Assembly: GCA_964291655.2 (NCBI GenBank) | Contig: OZ219802.1 | Location: 2,112,001-2,176,000 of the forward strand | DNA from: Chloroflexota bacterium | GTDB taxonomy: Bacteria; Chloroflexota; UBA11872; VXOZ01 | Direction: 5' to 3' | Length of the DNA stretch: 64,000 bases | In this document: positions 1 through 9,676 of the stretch, in pieces | Position numbering within the stretch: the first letter of the stretch is position 1 | How the letters are laid out: each line of letters opens with the position of its first letter | Position numbers and translations under genes: made by a program | The notes under the pieces: model-generated | Database searches by the model: none | What the model was told of the DNA's origin: nothing | Seen by the model: the letters and a program-made list of their open reading frames with translations, nothing else

Positions 1-536
1 TACAGGAATGACATGCGTACTATTCTTGTCTAGTCCTGCGTAAAGTTGCTTTTTAAGTCCGTCAACGAATTACCTGACATCTACAGGAATGATGGAATTG
101 GAGAACCTTAATATTCGGCAAGGCATGCAGACCAGGTATGCTGTCAACGAACTTGCCAACACGTACAATTCCTAGAGGAACAACGAGCATAGGTGTCGAT
201 CGGGCGCAATCAGCTTCCGTCACTCTGCGTTTACGAGTTATCCATTAGTAGCACCGCGCCAAGCGGTCAAGACACTCGAAATGTGGTTGTCTGCCAAGGC
301 GGGGACCTCATGCGCGCGCTGCGCGCCCAAGCAACCCGGCAGAGGTCTACGTCGAGTGAGTTAGGTGCGGGAGTCTACCCAAGTCGAGGCCGGACTGCGT
401 CCGCGAGACTTACTCATGCCATCTCCGCGTATCATGTCTCTCACGTCATCTCAGGTTTGATGCGGGCTTAATTCGCTGGTAGACTGCAACGAACCGCGTT
501 ACGCGATTGTGGTGCGTGGGTAGTGCGAGGCAACGC

Positions 537-1361
537 ATGGACTCATCGCTCTTTCAACTCGAAGGCAAGGCGGCGCTTGTTGTGGGCGGCGGCCAGGGCA
601 TGGGCGAAAGCACGGCAAAGTTCCTCGCCCGCGCCGGCTGCGGGGTTGCCGTCGCCGACGTGTTGAAGGAGCGTGCCGACCGCGTCGCCAACGCTGTCGC
701 CGATCTCGGCCAACCTTCTGCCTCGATCGTGGGCAACGTGCTCGACGATAGTCAGGTCAAGGAGGTCGTTACGCGCGCCGAGCGTGAACTTGGCGGCCTC
801 GATGTGCTGGTAACCATCGTCGGTCAGGCGTCATTCAATTCCCTCCTCGACATGACGCCGGAGCAGTGGGACTTAGATCATAGCAGGAACCTGCGTTATT
901 TCTTCATGACGGCGCGCGAAGTCGCCCGCTCACTCCTCGCGCGCGGCAAGCCCGGCGCCATGGTCTGCGTCTCCTCCGTGAAGGGATTGCAATCGGCTCC
1001 TCACAACGCAGCCTACGGCGCGGCGAAAGCCGGCCTCGTAAACCTGGTGCGTACGATGGCCGTCGAATGGGCGCCCTACAACATCCGGGTGAACGCGATT
1101 GCGCCGGGAACCATCACCACGCCGCGCATTCCGGACACGGCTGAGCGGCTGGAGCGTGTCCGCACGGGGCACATTCCTTTCAAACGCCGCGGCACGGCAG
1201 ACGAGATCGGCAAGGCAGCGCTCTTCTTGGCCTCAGACCTGGCGAGCTACGTCACGGGGCACACCCTATCCGTGGACGGCGGCTGGATGGCCGCCTCTCT
1301 CACCGGCATTCCCGATATCCCTCCCGGCGGCACCTTAGACGCCACCGCTGGGTCGAGGTAA
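537..1361 (+). CDS. SDR family NAD(P)-dependent oxidoreductase
   Basis: VVGGGQGMG Rossmann motif, YGAAK catalytic YxxxK, NAIAPG and VDGG SDR motifs; ATG at 537 preferred to the upstream TTG. Confidence 0.92.
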   Translation: MDSSLFQLEGKAALVVGGGQGMGESTAKFLARAGCGVAVADVLKERADRVANAVADLGQPSASIVGNVLDDSQVKEVVTRAERELGGLDVLVTIVGQASFNSLLDMTPEQWDLDHSRNLRYFFMTAREVARSLLARGKPGAMVCVSSVKGLQSAPHNAAYGAAKAGLVNLVRTMAVEWAPYNIRVNAIAPGTITTPRIPDTAERLERVRTGHIPFKRRGTADEIGKAALFLASDLASYVTGHTLSVDGGWMAASLTGIPDIPPGGTLDATAGSR

Positions 1362-1562
1362 GGGCCGAGCGCACGCTTCGTCGCTTGATACGGTATTATG
1401 CGGGTGACGGCGAAGGAGTCGACGCAGGCGGGCATGGGGATGGCATGGCAACCTGGGAGCCATGGTCGATACGGAGCAGGATGCCCGTGACCCAGCCCGT
1501 TGCTTTCGCCAAACCGAACTGCTTAGCAAATAGATCGCAGTTTTCGCTAGTGAAAGTGAGGA

Positions 1563-1859
1563 ATGAAGATGAAGACCTACGTGGTAGTGATTGACTTTGA
1601 GATTTCGGATGCGGCAAGTATCGATAGCCTGGCCGATCAACTCGGCGCGGAAGTCCAGGCCCATGGCGGCAGGTATCTCGTTCAGGGTGGCGCGGCACGC
1701 GCGCTTGGCGGGGACCTGGACGCTGAGCGTATCACAGTCATTGAGTTTGACAATCCAGAGCAGCCCCGGGCCTTGGTCGAGTCACAGACGTTTTCAGAAC
1801 TTCGCAGACGCCGCAACCAGTTTACAAAGGCCAGCGCTTTCGTTGTCGAGGGCGCGTAA
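1563..1859 (+). CDS. DUF1330 family protein
   Basis: 98 aa with HGGRYLVQGG...GD...VIEFD...RR pattern typical of DUF1330. Confidence 0.8.
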   Translation: MKMKTYVVVIDFEISDAASIDSLADQLGAEVQAHGGRYLVQGGAARALGGDLDAERITVIEFDNPEQPRALVESQTFSELRRRRNQFTKASAFVVEGA

Positions 1860-1906
1860 CTCCTCCACGGCGTGCGACATCCGCATAGTTCCATAAGTAG
1901 GATGCC

Positions 1907-3622
1907 GTGAAAACAGTTGACGGCGTGACCCATGAACCGGACGAGTCCTGTTCCCTAGGGCTGACGCTCGGCGTGGGGTTTCAGGGCGTCCTGCTCTCCT
2001 TGCCGCCAACCGTGCTGACCATGTTGCTCTTCGCTCGCGCGTCGGGACTGGGTGACGGCTACGTGACGTGGTCCGTTTTGGCGGCGGTTGCCGTCAGCGG
2101 CATCGCCACCGCACTCCAGGCGGCGCGATTCGGTCCTATCGGCGGCGGCAACATCTTGATGGCCGGCGCCGCCCCCAGCTATCTTGCTATCGCGCTCCTG
2201 GCATTGGATCAAGCGGGCCCGGCTACGCTCGCCACGCTGTTGGTTGTTTCATCACTGTTCCAATTCGGCTTGGCGGCATCGCTGCCGCGTCTACGCCGTA
2301 TCATTACGCCGGTGGTCTCCGGCACGGTAATCATGCTGATTGCGGCGAGCGTCTTGCCGCTCACGGTAGATAAGCTCGAGCAAGTCCCAGAGGGCGCGCC
2401 CGCGTTGGCTGCACCGGCCGTAGCCGCCATCACGTTGCTCGCAGTCGCGGTGTTGGGGCTGCGCGCGACGGGTGCGCTGCGCCTTTGGACTCCGCTTATC
2501 GGCGTGGTGGTTGGGTGCGTTGCGGCTGCCTTGTTTGGCATATACGATCCCACGAGTTTCTTGGAGGCGCCGTGGATTGGCGTGCCCGAGCTGTGGCTGC
2601 CGGGTTTTGATATCTCTCCAGGAGCGGAATTTTGGGCCTTGCTCCCCATGTTTCTGATTGTGTCCGTATCGGGCGCAATCAAGGCGGTGGGTTCCAGTGT
2701 GGTGGTGCAGCAGGTCTCGTGGCGGGAGCCGCGGGTGACCGACTATCGCCGCGTGCAGGGAACGGTCAACGCCAACGCAATCGGCTCGGTGCTCTCGGGG
2801 TTTCTGGGTGTCTTGCCCACCGGCACCTACGCCGCCACCAGCGTATCGCTGACCAACTTCACGGGCGTGGCCACGCGCGCGGTTGGGTACACCATCGGGA
2901 TCATGCTGGTCGTCCTAGCGCTCCTGCCCAAGCCAATGGCGCTCCTCCTCACGGTGCCCAACGCGGTCACCAGCGCGTACATGCTCATGCTCATGGGCTT
3001 GCTCTTCGTGGAAGGTCTACGCACGGTGATGCAGGACAGTCTCGACCAGCGCAAGGTGCTCATCGTGGCGCTCTCACTTGCGGTAGGCGTCGGTTTGCAG
3101 AGCGAGAACGTGATTACGCAGGTCGTTGGCGGCGCCTGGGGGTTGGTGCTGGGCAACGGTTTGATCATGGGCGCCATTACCGCGATCTTGCTGACCACGT
3201 TCATCGAACTCGTGGCCCCGCGCCGCCGGCGGCTTGAAATCGCGTTGGACATCAGCGCACTGCCGCTCCTCGATGAATTCCTGACGCAGATAGCCGCCAA
3301 ACTGGGCTGGAATGACGCGTCGGCGAACCGGTTGCGTTTGGTGGGCGAGGAGGCGCTGTCGAGCTTGCTGGGTGACGAACATGAGGAGGGCGCGAGACGC
3401 CTAATCGTGCTGGCGCGTCCGGGCACGGGTATGGTGGAACTTGAGTTCATGGCGGTGTTGGAAGAGGAGAACATCGAAGATGCGCTCGCCTACATGAGCG
3501 AACAGTCCGGCGCGCCGGAGGCCGGTGAAATTTCGCTGCGTTTGCTCCGGCACTTTGCCTCCGGCGTGCGCCACCGCAAGTACCAGGGCATCGATATCGT
3601 TACGGTCGAGGTCCTGCGCTAG
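1907..3622 (+). CDS. NCS2 (xanthine/uracil) permease-like protein with a C-terminal soluble domain
   Basis: Many TM segments; SGIATALQ, ITPVVSGTVIMLI and LPK motifs of NCS2; ~135 aa hydrophilic tail. Confidence 0.8.
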   Translation: MKTVDGVTHEPDESCSLGLTLGVGFQGVLLSLPPTVLTMLLFARASGLGDGYVTWSVLAAVAVSGIATALQAARFGPIGGGNILMAGAAPSYLAIALLALDQAGPATLATLLVVSSLFQFGLAASLPRLRRIITPVVSGTVIMLIAASVLPLTVDKLEQVPEGAPALAAPAVAAITLLAVAVLGLRATGALRLWTPLIGVVVGCVAAALFGIYDPTSFLEAPWIGVPELWLPGFDISPGAEFWALLPMFLIVSVSGAIKAVGSSVVVQQVSWREPRVTDYRRVQGTVNANAIGSVLSGFLGVLPTGTYAATSVSLTNFTGVATRAVGYTIGIMLVVLALLPKPMALLLTVPNAVTSAYMLMLMGLLFVEGLRTVMQDSLDQRKVLIVALSLAVGVGLQSENVITQVVGGAWGLVLGNGLIMGAITAILLTTFIELVAPRRRRLEIALDISALPLLDEFLTQIAAKLGWNDASANRLRLVGEEALSSLLGDEHEEGARRLIVLARPGTGMVELEFMAVLEEENIEDALAYMSEQSGAPEAGEISLRLLRHFASGVRHRKYQGIDIVTVEVLR

Positions 3623-3842
3623 CGAATTGCCAGAGGACGTTTACCTCCGAGAATCGTAATGACCGCTACAGTTCGCCGTGTCTCGTGAATAAGGCATTCC
3701 GTCAACGCATTGCGCACCACGCGCGCCACCACACCGGCAACGCCTGCTCGGTCGTTATGCGTATTGTCTATAGGTCGTAGCTATGGTATATACATACTAG
3801 TCCAAATCGACTGTTGTCTTGTATCGCAAGGAGTGGTCCACG

Positions 3843-4700
3843 ATGCCATACACGGCGGACATCAGCCGCAATACCCCTGGCTGCTTCCTCTTTCTACTCG
3901 ACCAATCGGCTTCGATGAGCGGCGCCCTGGGCGGGCAGCCCGGCCTGCAAAAGATGGACGGAGCGGCCGATGCCATCAATCGGATTCTCGACGCCATTTC
4001 CCAACGCTGCTCCCAGGGCATGGATATCCGCGACTATTTCCATATCGGAGTTATCACTTACACCACCGACAGACAAGGGAACCCAACGCTGGAAACAATC
4101 TTTCCCGAAACTTCCCTGCAGCATCCCTTCCTGACAGTCAGCCAGGTGGTTGACGCTGCCGAAGTGGAGGAACGGCAGGTCAAGGAGTCCGACGGGGCCG
4201 GCGGCATCGTGGAAGGCACCCGCAAAGTGCCGGTGTGGCTCCGACCGAAGGCCAGCAATGGCACACCCATGTGCGCGGCGCTATCCGCCGCCTCCAGCGC
4301 CGTGCAAGCGTGGACGCAGAAGCACGCGGACTCCTATCCCCCGATGGTGATCAACATCTCCGACGGCGCTGCGGGCGACGGGGATCCGGAACCCATCGCC
4401 CAAGAACTCATGGCTCTGGCAACCAACGACGGCGCCACGCTGCTTTACAACGCGCACCTTTCCGAGGTGTCCGCGCCGCCGGTGCAGTACCCGGCCGTAG
4501 AGAGCGACCTACCCCCCGATGAATATGCGGCGGCCATGTTCCGCATGTCTTCCGTCTTTCCGGACCCGGTCCGCGACCTCGCCGCGAGCATGGAACTGCC
4601 GGTCGTGGAGGGTTCTCGCGGGTACGTCTACAACGCCGACATGGTGGCTCTGGTGCAGTTCTTGGATATTGGGACCCGTGCCGCTTCAGACCTGCACTAG
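3843..4700 (+). CDS. vWA domain protein (TerY-like)
   Basis: LLDQSASM MIDAS DxSxS, GTPM and ISDG motifs; AAGGAG RBS before ATG 3843. Confidence 0.88.
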   Translation: MPYTADISRNTPGCFLFLLDQSASMSGALGGQPGLQKMDGAADAINRILDAISQRCSQGMDIRDYFHIGVITYTTDRQGNPTLETIFPETSLQHPFLTVSQVVDAAEVEERQVKESDGAGGIVEGTRKVPVWLRPKASNGTPMCAALSAASSAVQAWTQKHADSYPPMVINISDGAAGDGDPEPIAQELMALATNDGATLLYNAHLSEVSAPPVQYPAVESDLPPDEYAAAMFRMSSVFPDPVRDLAASMELPVVEGSRGYVYNADMVALVQFLDIGTRAASDLH

Positions 4701-4717
4701 ATTGATGGAGGGTGAAG

Positions 4718-5491
4718 ATGGCTCTTCGACCCCCCAAAAGGCTCTGGTTGCCCAAGGCGGGTAATCGCCCGGACGAATACGAGGACGCGGCCCGGGCGGT
4801 CTATCCCCAACGCATCGGCGCGACCGGCCGCCGGACGGTCAGGGTAGCCGTAGCTGATGGCGCCAGCGAGTCTGCCTTTGCCCGGGAGTGGGCGGATGTC
4901 CTGACCGACGCCTTCGTCGACCGGCCCCTCGACCTCTGCGGCCTTACGGAGGAATCCCTCAATGTTTGGCTGGCTGTGGCGCAAGCGGAGTGGCACGATT
5001 GCGTGCCTTGGGACGGCCTGCCATGGCACGGAGAGGCCAAGGCGCGGGCCGGGGCCTTCGCCACCCTGTTGGGGCTGACCGTGGGCACGGCACCGGACGA
5101 CCCCCAGCGACTCCGCTGGCAGGCGGTTGCCGTGGGAGACTGCTGCCTCTTCATCGTCCGCGGCGGACGGCTGTGCCTCTCCTTTCCCCTGGAAGACGCC
5201 GCCCAGTTCGATAATACTCCCGACCTGGTTTGCAGCAACCCTGCCAATGTCGGAGAACTATGGGAATGCGTACAACGCAGCAGCGGCCAATGCGCGGTGG
5301 GAGACCTCTTGATCCTGGCGTCGGACGCCCTTGCCTGCTGGTTCCTCGCCAGCAACGCCGCTGACGAGAAGCCCTGGGAGACCCTACTGGCGTTGGAATC
5401 GCCAGCGTGGGACGCCTGGGTCGAGGAGCAGCGGCACGGAGGAGCGATGCGCAACGATGACACCACGGTGGTCGTCATCACGGTCGCCTAG
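4718..5491 (+). CDS. PP2C-type protein phosphatase
   Basis: VAVADGAS, VGDC, LASDAL and NDDTT metal-binding motifs; GGAGG RBS before ATG 4718. Confidence 0.88.
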   Translation: MALRPPKRLWLPKAGNRPDEYEDAARAVYPQRIGATGRRTVRVAVADGASESAFAREWADVLTDAFVDRPLDLCGLTEESLNVWLAVAQAEWHDCVPWDGLPWHGEAKARAGAFATLLGLTVGTAPDDPQRLRWQAVAVGDCCLFIVRGGRLCLSFPLEDAAQFDNTPDLVCSNPANVGELWECVQRSSGQCAVGDLLILASDALACWFLASNAADEKPWETLLALESPAWDAWVEEQRHGGAMRNDDTTVVVITVA

Positions 5492-5513
5492 ACCGGAGAG
5501 GTGAAGCGCAGCC

Positions 5514-6821
5514 ATGTCCTGGCCGGGAATAACCGACTTTAGCGAGGCGATCCAAAATCCCCGCCTGTGCTTCAAGGGTTCCGCACTTGAAGCCGGGACG
5601 GTGGCCGTCAACCAACGGGGCATGCCTTTGGTGTATTCCGGCTCTTTCGCCTGCGTCTACTCGGTTTCCGTCGGCGGCGCGTTTGCAGTGCGCTGCTTCA
5701 CCCGCGAAGTAAAGGACCAACAGACCCGATACAATCAGCTCAGCGACTACCTGATCAACGTCCTGCCGCCGTCCTTCGTGCATTTCGAGTACCTGGAAGA
5801 CGGAATCAGTTTCAGAGGCCGCTCGTATCCCATCGTCAAGATGGAGTGGGTGGAAGGAGAGGTGTTGAGCAAATTCGTCGGCTCTAGGCTCAATGAGCCG
5901 GACACCCTCAGGCGCATCGCCGCCCAGTGGCGCGGGGGCACGACCGCCAGCTTGCGCGGGTTGCGCATCGCCCACAACGACCTGCAGCATGGCAACGTCA
6001 TGGTGCAGGGAGACGGAAATATCCGCCTGGTGGACTACGACGGCATGTTCCTGCCCCAATTTCGCGGGGAACGCAGCCCGGAACTGGGACACAAGAACTA
6101 TCAGCACCCACTACGGTCGTCGGCAGACTACGGTGACTACGTGGATAACTTCCCCATCCTGGTGATCTATCTTAGCCTGCTGGCAGTCGCAGCCGATCCC
6201 AATCTTTGGTCTTTCTATAACGACGACAACCTGATCTTTACGGGCAATGATTACACCGACCCAGGCAGTTCCGCACTATTCAATCGCCTGAAGAGTTCTC
6301 CTGACCCCACAGTGGCCAAACTGACGGAACGCCTGGAGGAGTGTTGCGCGCTTCCGGTGGAGAAGGTGCCGGACCTGGAAACCATTCTTCAGGACATTCC
6401 GCCCAGCCCAGCACCGTCATCGCTTCCAAAGGCGTCTGCGGCGAAGTCGGCTCCCCCAAAGCAGTCGGCTCCGGCGGCGGCTCCGCGTCCGGCGACGACG
6501 CCATCGGCGATTCCCCGTCCGGCAACGGCTCCGACCACGAGCGGGCCGGGCAACCGGCCGGCATCATCCCGCCCTCAGCCTCCTACCCGGCAAGCCTCCC
6601 GTCCGGCGCTGGCGACTGTCCTGCCCAGGCCCGCGCGTGCCTCCCGATTGGTTGCCTCCAAGAGTGCCGCCGGCCAACGCGCCATAGCGCGTGTAACGAC
6701 GTTTCCTCTTACAAGAAGAGACGCCCTGAGAGTGATGCTGGGCGTCGCGGCCACGGTGCTCATCGTTATCGCGGTGCTCGCGGCGCTGACTGTGTGGGCA
6801 GTTGCGCAGCGCGGGTGGTAA
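5514..6821 (+). CDS. Ser/Thr protein kinase-like protein with Pro/Ala linker and C-terminal TM helix
   Basis: SGSFACVY loop, MEWVEG hinge, HNDLQHGN catalytic loop, VDYDG; Pro-rich linker; hydrophobic C-terminus. Confidence 0.87.
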   Translation: MSWPGITDFSEAIQNPRLCFKGSALEAGTVAVNQRGMPLVYSGSFACVYSVSVGGAFAVRCFTREVKDQQTRYNQLSDYLINVLPPSFVHFEYLEDGISFRGRSYPIVKMEWVEGEVLSKFVGSRLNEPDTLRRIAAQWRGGTTASLRGLRIAHNDLQHGNVMVQGDGNIRLVDYDGMFLPQFRGERSPELGHKNYQHPLRSSADYGDYVDNFPILVIYLSLLAVAADPNLWSFYNDDNLIFTGNDYTDPGSSALFNRLKSSPDPTVAKLTERLEECCALPVEKVPDLETILQDIPPSPAPSSLPKASAAKSAPPKQSAPAAAPRPATTPSAIPRPATAPTTSGPGNRPASSRPQPPTRQASRPALATVLPRPARASRLVASKSAAGQRAIARVTTFPLTRRDALRVMLGVAATVLIVIAVLAALTVWAVAQRGW

Positions 6822-6996
6822 CGGCCCGGCCTTCAGGGAAAAAACCCCCACGGAGCGCGGGAGAATCGATACTAGCCGTGGTGGCGCGCTATCGTTGCAG
6901 TGGTGGGTAGGTGTATCAGCATTCGCGTCCGTCATGGCCATGAAGACTGCTAGACGAAGTCCGCGCTGCTCTTTCCGCCGCTCAGGGTACACTGCA

Positions 6997-7725
6997 TCAA
7001 GGCTTGGCCCCATACGCGGCCAGGAGACGCGCGACTCCCACGATCAGCGTAACGGCCCCAACCACCGCGGCTATGATAAAGGGCGCACCCCACCCCACCA
7101 CAGCGCCAATGATCCCAATCACGGTCAGCCCCAAGCCGAGCCGATTGACCCAGGAACCGAGCAGCGCCTGGAAGGGCTTCCCGAAGATCAGTAGGGCAAG
7201 CCCGCTCCAGAGCATGACATTGCCAACACCGAAGATCGTCTCCAGCGTCGCCATCGTCCCCGGCTGTCCATAGTTGTAGTGGAAGATCTCATAGAGGAGA
7301 AGCTCCGGCGTCTTAGCGGAGATGGATATGAGGAGCCCGAGCGCTGCCACGCCCAATCCCAGCTTGGCGCCCCACCCCAACTTGCTGGTCCATGCCGGCT
7401 TGCTAGCCACTCCCAACATGCCGAGCAGCAGACGGATACTGACAACGCAGGTCCCGCACGCAATGACTAGGCCGCCGAGCATCAGAAGCATTTGCTCACC
7501 TGCTTCCGGCTCACTCGGGGGTAAGAACTCTCGCTCTTCAGGCGCGCCCAAGAGTGTCAAGACTTTCATGAGCGCTTCGAAGAAGATTCCTCCGAGAATT
7601 CCGCCGGAGACCATAATGATGACGCCGGTCACCATCACAGCCAGCCCTATCTTGTAGGTCAGTTCCAGCCTAAAAGTCAACGCTCCCTGCGTTCTCCAGG
7701 GAGCGTTTGTCTTCCACGTCTTCAT
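6997..7725 (-). CDS. Hypothetical multi-pass membrane protein
   Basis: 242 aa with about 6 Gly-rich hydrophobic helices; GGAGAG RBS-like element; promoter-like element upstream. Confidence 0.65.
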   Translation of the reverse strand: MKTWKTNAPWRTQGALTFRLELTYKIGLAVMVTGVIIMVSGGILGGIFFEALMKVLTLLGAPEEREFLPPSEPEAGEQMLLMLGGLVIACGTCVVSIRLLLGMLGVASKPAWTSKLGWGAKLGLGVAALGLLISISAKTPELLLYEIFHYNYGQPGTMATLETIFGVGNVMLWSGLALLIFGKPFQALLGSWVNRLGLGLTVIGIIGAVVGWGAPFIIAAVVGAVTLIVGVARLLAAYGAKP

Positions 7726-7912
7726 CGCCGCTCTCCGTTGGCACCTGCTGTGCTTACGTTAAGACCGGGACTACCGCACGACCGATTCATAGCGATCATC
7801 GCCTAGCGCTGAAGCTGGCGGTTCGGGACGGGGTCGCGCCACTTCCCGTCCCACGTATCGGTTTGGCCGGCTACGCGGGTACGCGCGTACCATCAACCAA
7901 TGTACCGGGAAT

Positions 7913-7956
7913 ATTATACCTGTTGACATGTATGCAAGACAATTCAAATGTCAACA
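7913..7956 (-). promoter_or_regulatory. Putative sigma70 promoter overlapped by inverted repeat TGTTGACAT-N18-ATGTCAACA
   Basis: Minus-strand TTGTCT-N18-TATAAT; perfect 9-bp inverted repeat at 7921-7929 and 7948-7956. Confidence 0.5.
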
Positions 7957-8216
7957 AAGTCTGAGCTTTGAGACCCGGTTGGCCTTCACCGGCCAGTGTA
8001 CGCTCGTTCCTCATAGATGAGCCGCAGCGCGGGGCGTTCCTCCCCATGCTTACGCACGAGGCAGCGCGAATGCTTCAACGCACTCAGCAGAATGGGTTTC
8101 CATAGTTTACGTTCGCCCCGCGCAAGCAGGCTTCCGCTCCTGACAAGAGTGCCGGTAGACCGGCCAAGTGCCTTTTAGTTCGAGTTCACACTGTCCGCTA
8201 CCGCGAGATCCCAAAC

Positions 8217-9191
8217 CTATGCCCAGTAGGCCGTGCCGGGTTGCTCGAAGATGAGGATATCTTTGAGGAACTTGACGCCCTTTTCCAGGCCCTCGTTGGA
8301 CGACATCAGGCTGTCCTCGTGCTCGATGGAGAGCACGCCGTCGTAGCCGACGAGGCGCAACTCGCTCACGATGTCTTTCCAGTAGCCATAATCGTGGCCG
8401 TAGCCGACGCTGCGGAAGAGCCACGAGCGGTTGATCTCATCGGTGTAGGGCTTCGTGTCCAGCACGCCGTGCTTGGCTGCGTTTAAAGGGTGCACCTTGG
8501 TGTCCTTGGCGTGGAAGTGGTAGAGCGCGCCGGCCTCACCGAGCTCGCGAATGACGGCGATGATGTCGCAGCCCTGCCAGAAGAGGTGGCTGGGGTCGAG
8601 ATTGGCGCCGATTTCGGGTCCGCAGGCATCCCGGAGCTGGAGGCAGGTCCCAGAATTGTAGACCACAAACCCCGGGTGCATCTCCAGGGCGATGCGGGCG
8701 TTGTGCTCCCGCAAGAAGTCCGCTTCTTCTTTCCAGTAGGGAATGACCTTCTGTTCCCACTGCCACTCGAGAATTTCCAGGTAGTCCGTCGGCCAGGGAC
8801 AGGTGACCCAGTTGGGATACTTGGAGCCATCGGAATCGCCGGGGCAGCCGGAGAAGCCGACCACGGTCTGCACTCCCAACTTCTGCGCCAATTGAATGGT
8901 CTTGCGCTGGGTCTCGATGTGCGCGCGGGCAATCTTGGGATTCGGGTGCAGGGGATTGCCGTGGGCGGCTAGAGCGCAAATCTCCATATCGCGGCTCTGC
9001 ACCGCCTTGAGGTATGCGTCGCACGCCTTGTCGTCGTTGAGCAGCGCGTCCGGGTCGCAGTGGGCGTTGCCGGGGTAGTTGCCGCAGCCGATCTCCACTT
9101 CCTGAATGCCCAGGTCGCGGAGGTAGTCCAACGCTTTTTCAAAGGGCAGATCGCCCAAGAGTACCGTCAATACGCCGAGTTTCATCGTCAT
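8217..9191 (-). CDS. Sugar phosphate isomerase/epimerase (xylose-isomerase-like TIM barrel)
   Basis: ALEMHPG, NLDPSH, HFHAKD and SIEHED metal-binding motifs. Confidence 0.9.
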   Translation of the reverse strand: MTMKLGVLTVLLGDLPFEKALDYLRDLGIQEVEIGCGNYPGNAHCDPDALLNDDKACDAYLKAVQSRDMEICALAAHGNPLHPNPKIARAHIETQRKTIQLAQKLGVQTVVGFSGCPGDSDGSKYPNWVTCPWPTDYLEILEWQWEQKVIPYWKEEADFLREHNARIALEMHPGFVVYNSGTCLQLRDACGPEIGANLDPSHLFWQGCDIIAVIRELGEAGALYHFHAKDTKVHPLNAAKHGVLDTKPYTDEINRSWLFRSVGYGHDYGYWKDIVSELRLVGYDGVLSIEHEDSLMSSNEGLEKGVKFLKDILIFEQPGTAYWA

Positions 9192-9245
9192 TGCCTCCTG
9201 CTTGGGTAAAGCTTCGTTTGTTTGATTGTTTCCTTGCCTTTTCGC

Positions 9246-9497
9246 TCATTTGTCTCCCGAGTTTGCCTTCCATTGGCAGCCTGTGGTGAAAATGTCGCCC
9301 TTGATGCTAATCTTGCCCCGCAGGCTGCCGATGAGTTCGGCATCACGGGCACCGCCGTGTCCGGCACTACTTCCGTGAAGTGGCACGATACGGGCGACGG
9401 GTGCGCCGTCTCGCGTGATGATCAGGCCGCCGGCGTCCAGATTGTCCAGCGGTTCCAGGCAGTGCTGCTTGAATTCAGCGGCTTCGATCTTCTTCAC
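9246..9497 (-). CDS. Phd/YefM family antitoxin (orphan)
   Basis: KIEAAEFKQHCL...IITRDGAPVARIVP Phd pattern. Confidence 0.8.
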   Translation of the reverse strand: MKKIEAAEFKQHCLEPLDNLDAGGLIITRDGAPVARIVPLHGSSAGHGGARDAELIGSLRGKISIKGDIFTTGCQWKANSGDK

Positions 9498-9676
9498 AAC
9501 GGCTTCCCTTAGAGTGTGTTCCCTATTCGCTCGTTATGTTCATTGTCCGTTCGCCCCCGTATCAGGTACGGGGCAGGCTCTGAGCCTGCCTGTCCTGAGC
9601 CTGTCGAAGGGTCGAAGGGCGTTTTTGGCGGAACAAGCTCACTACGAACGCCATCCTGGACAATTCACATACGCTC

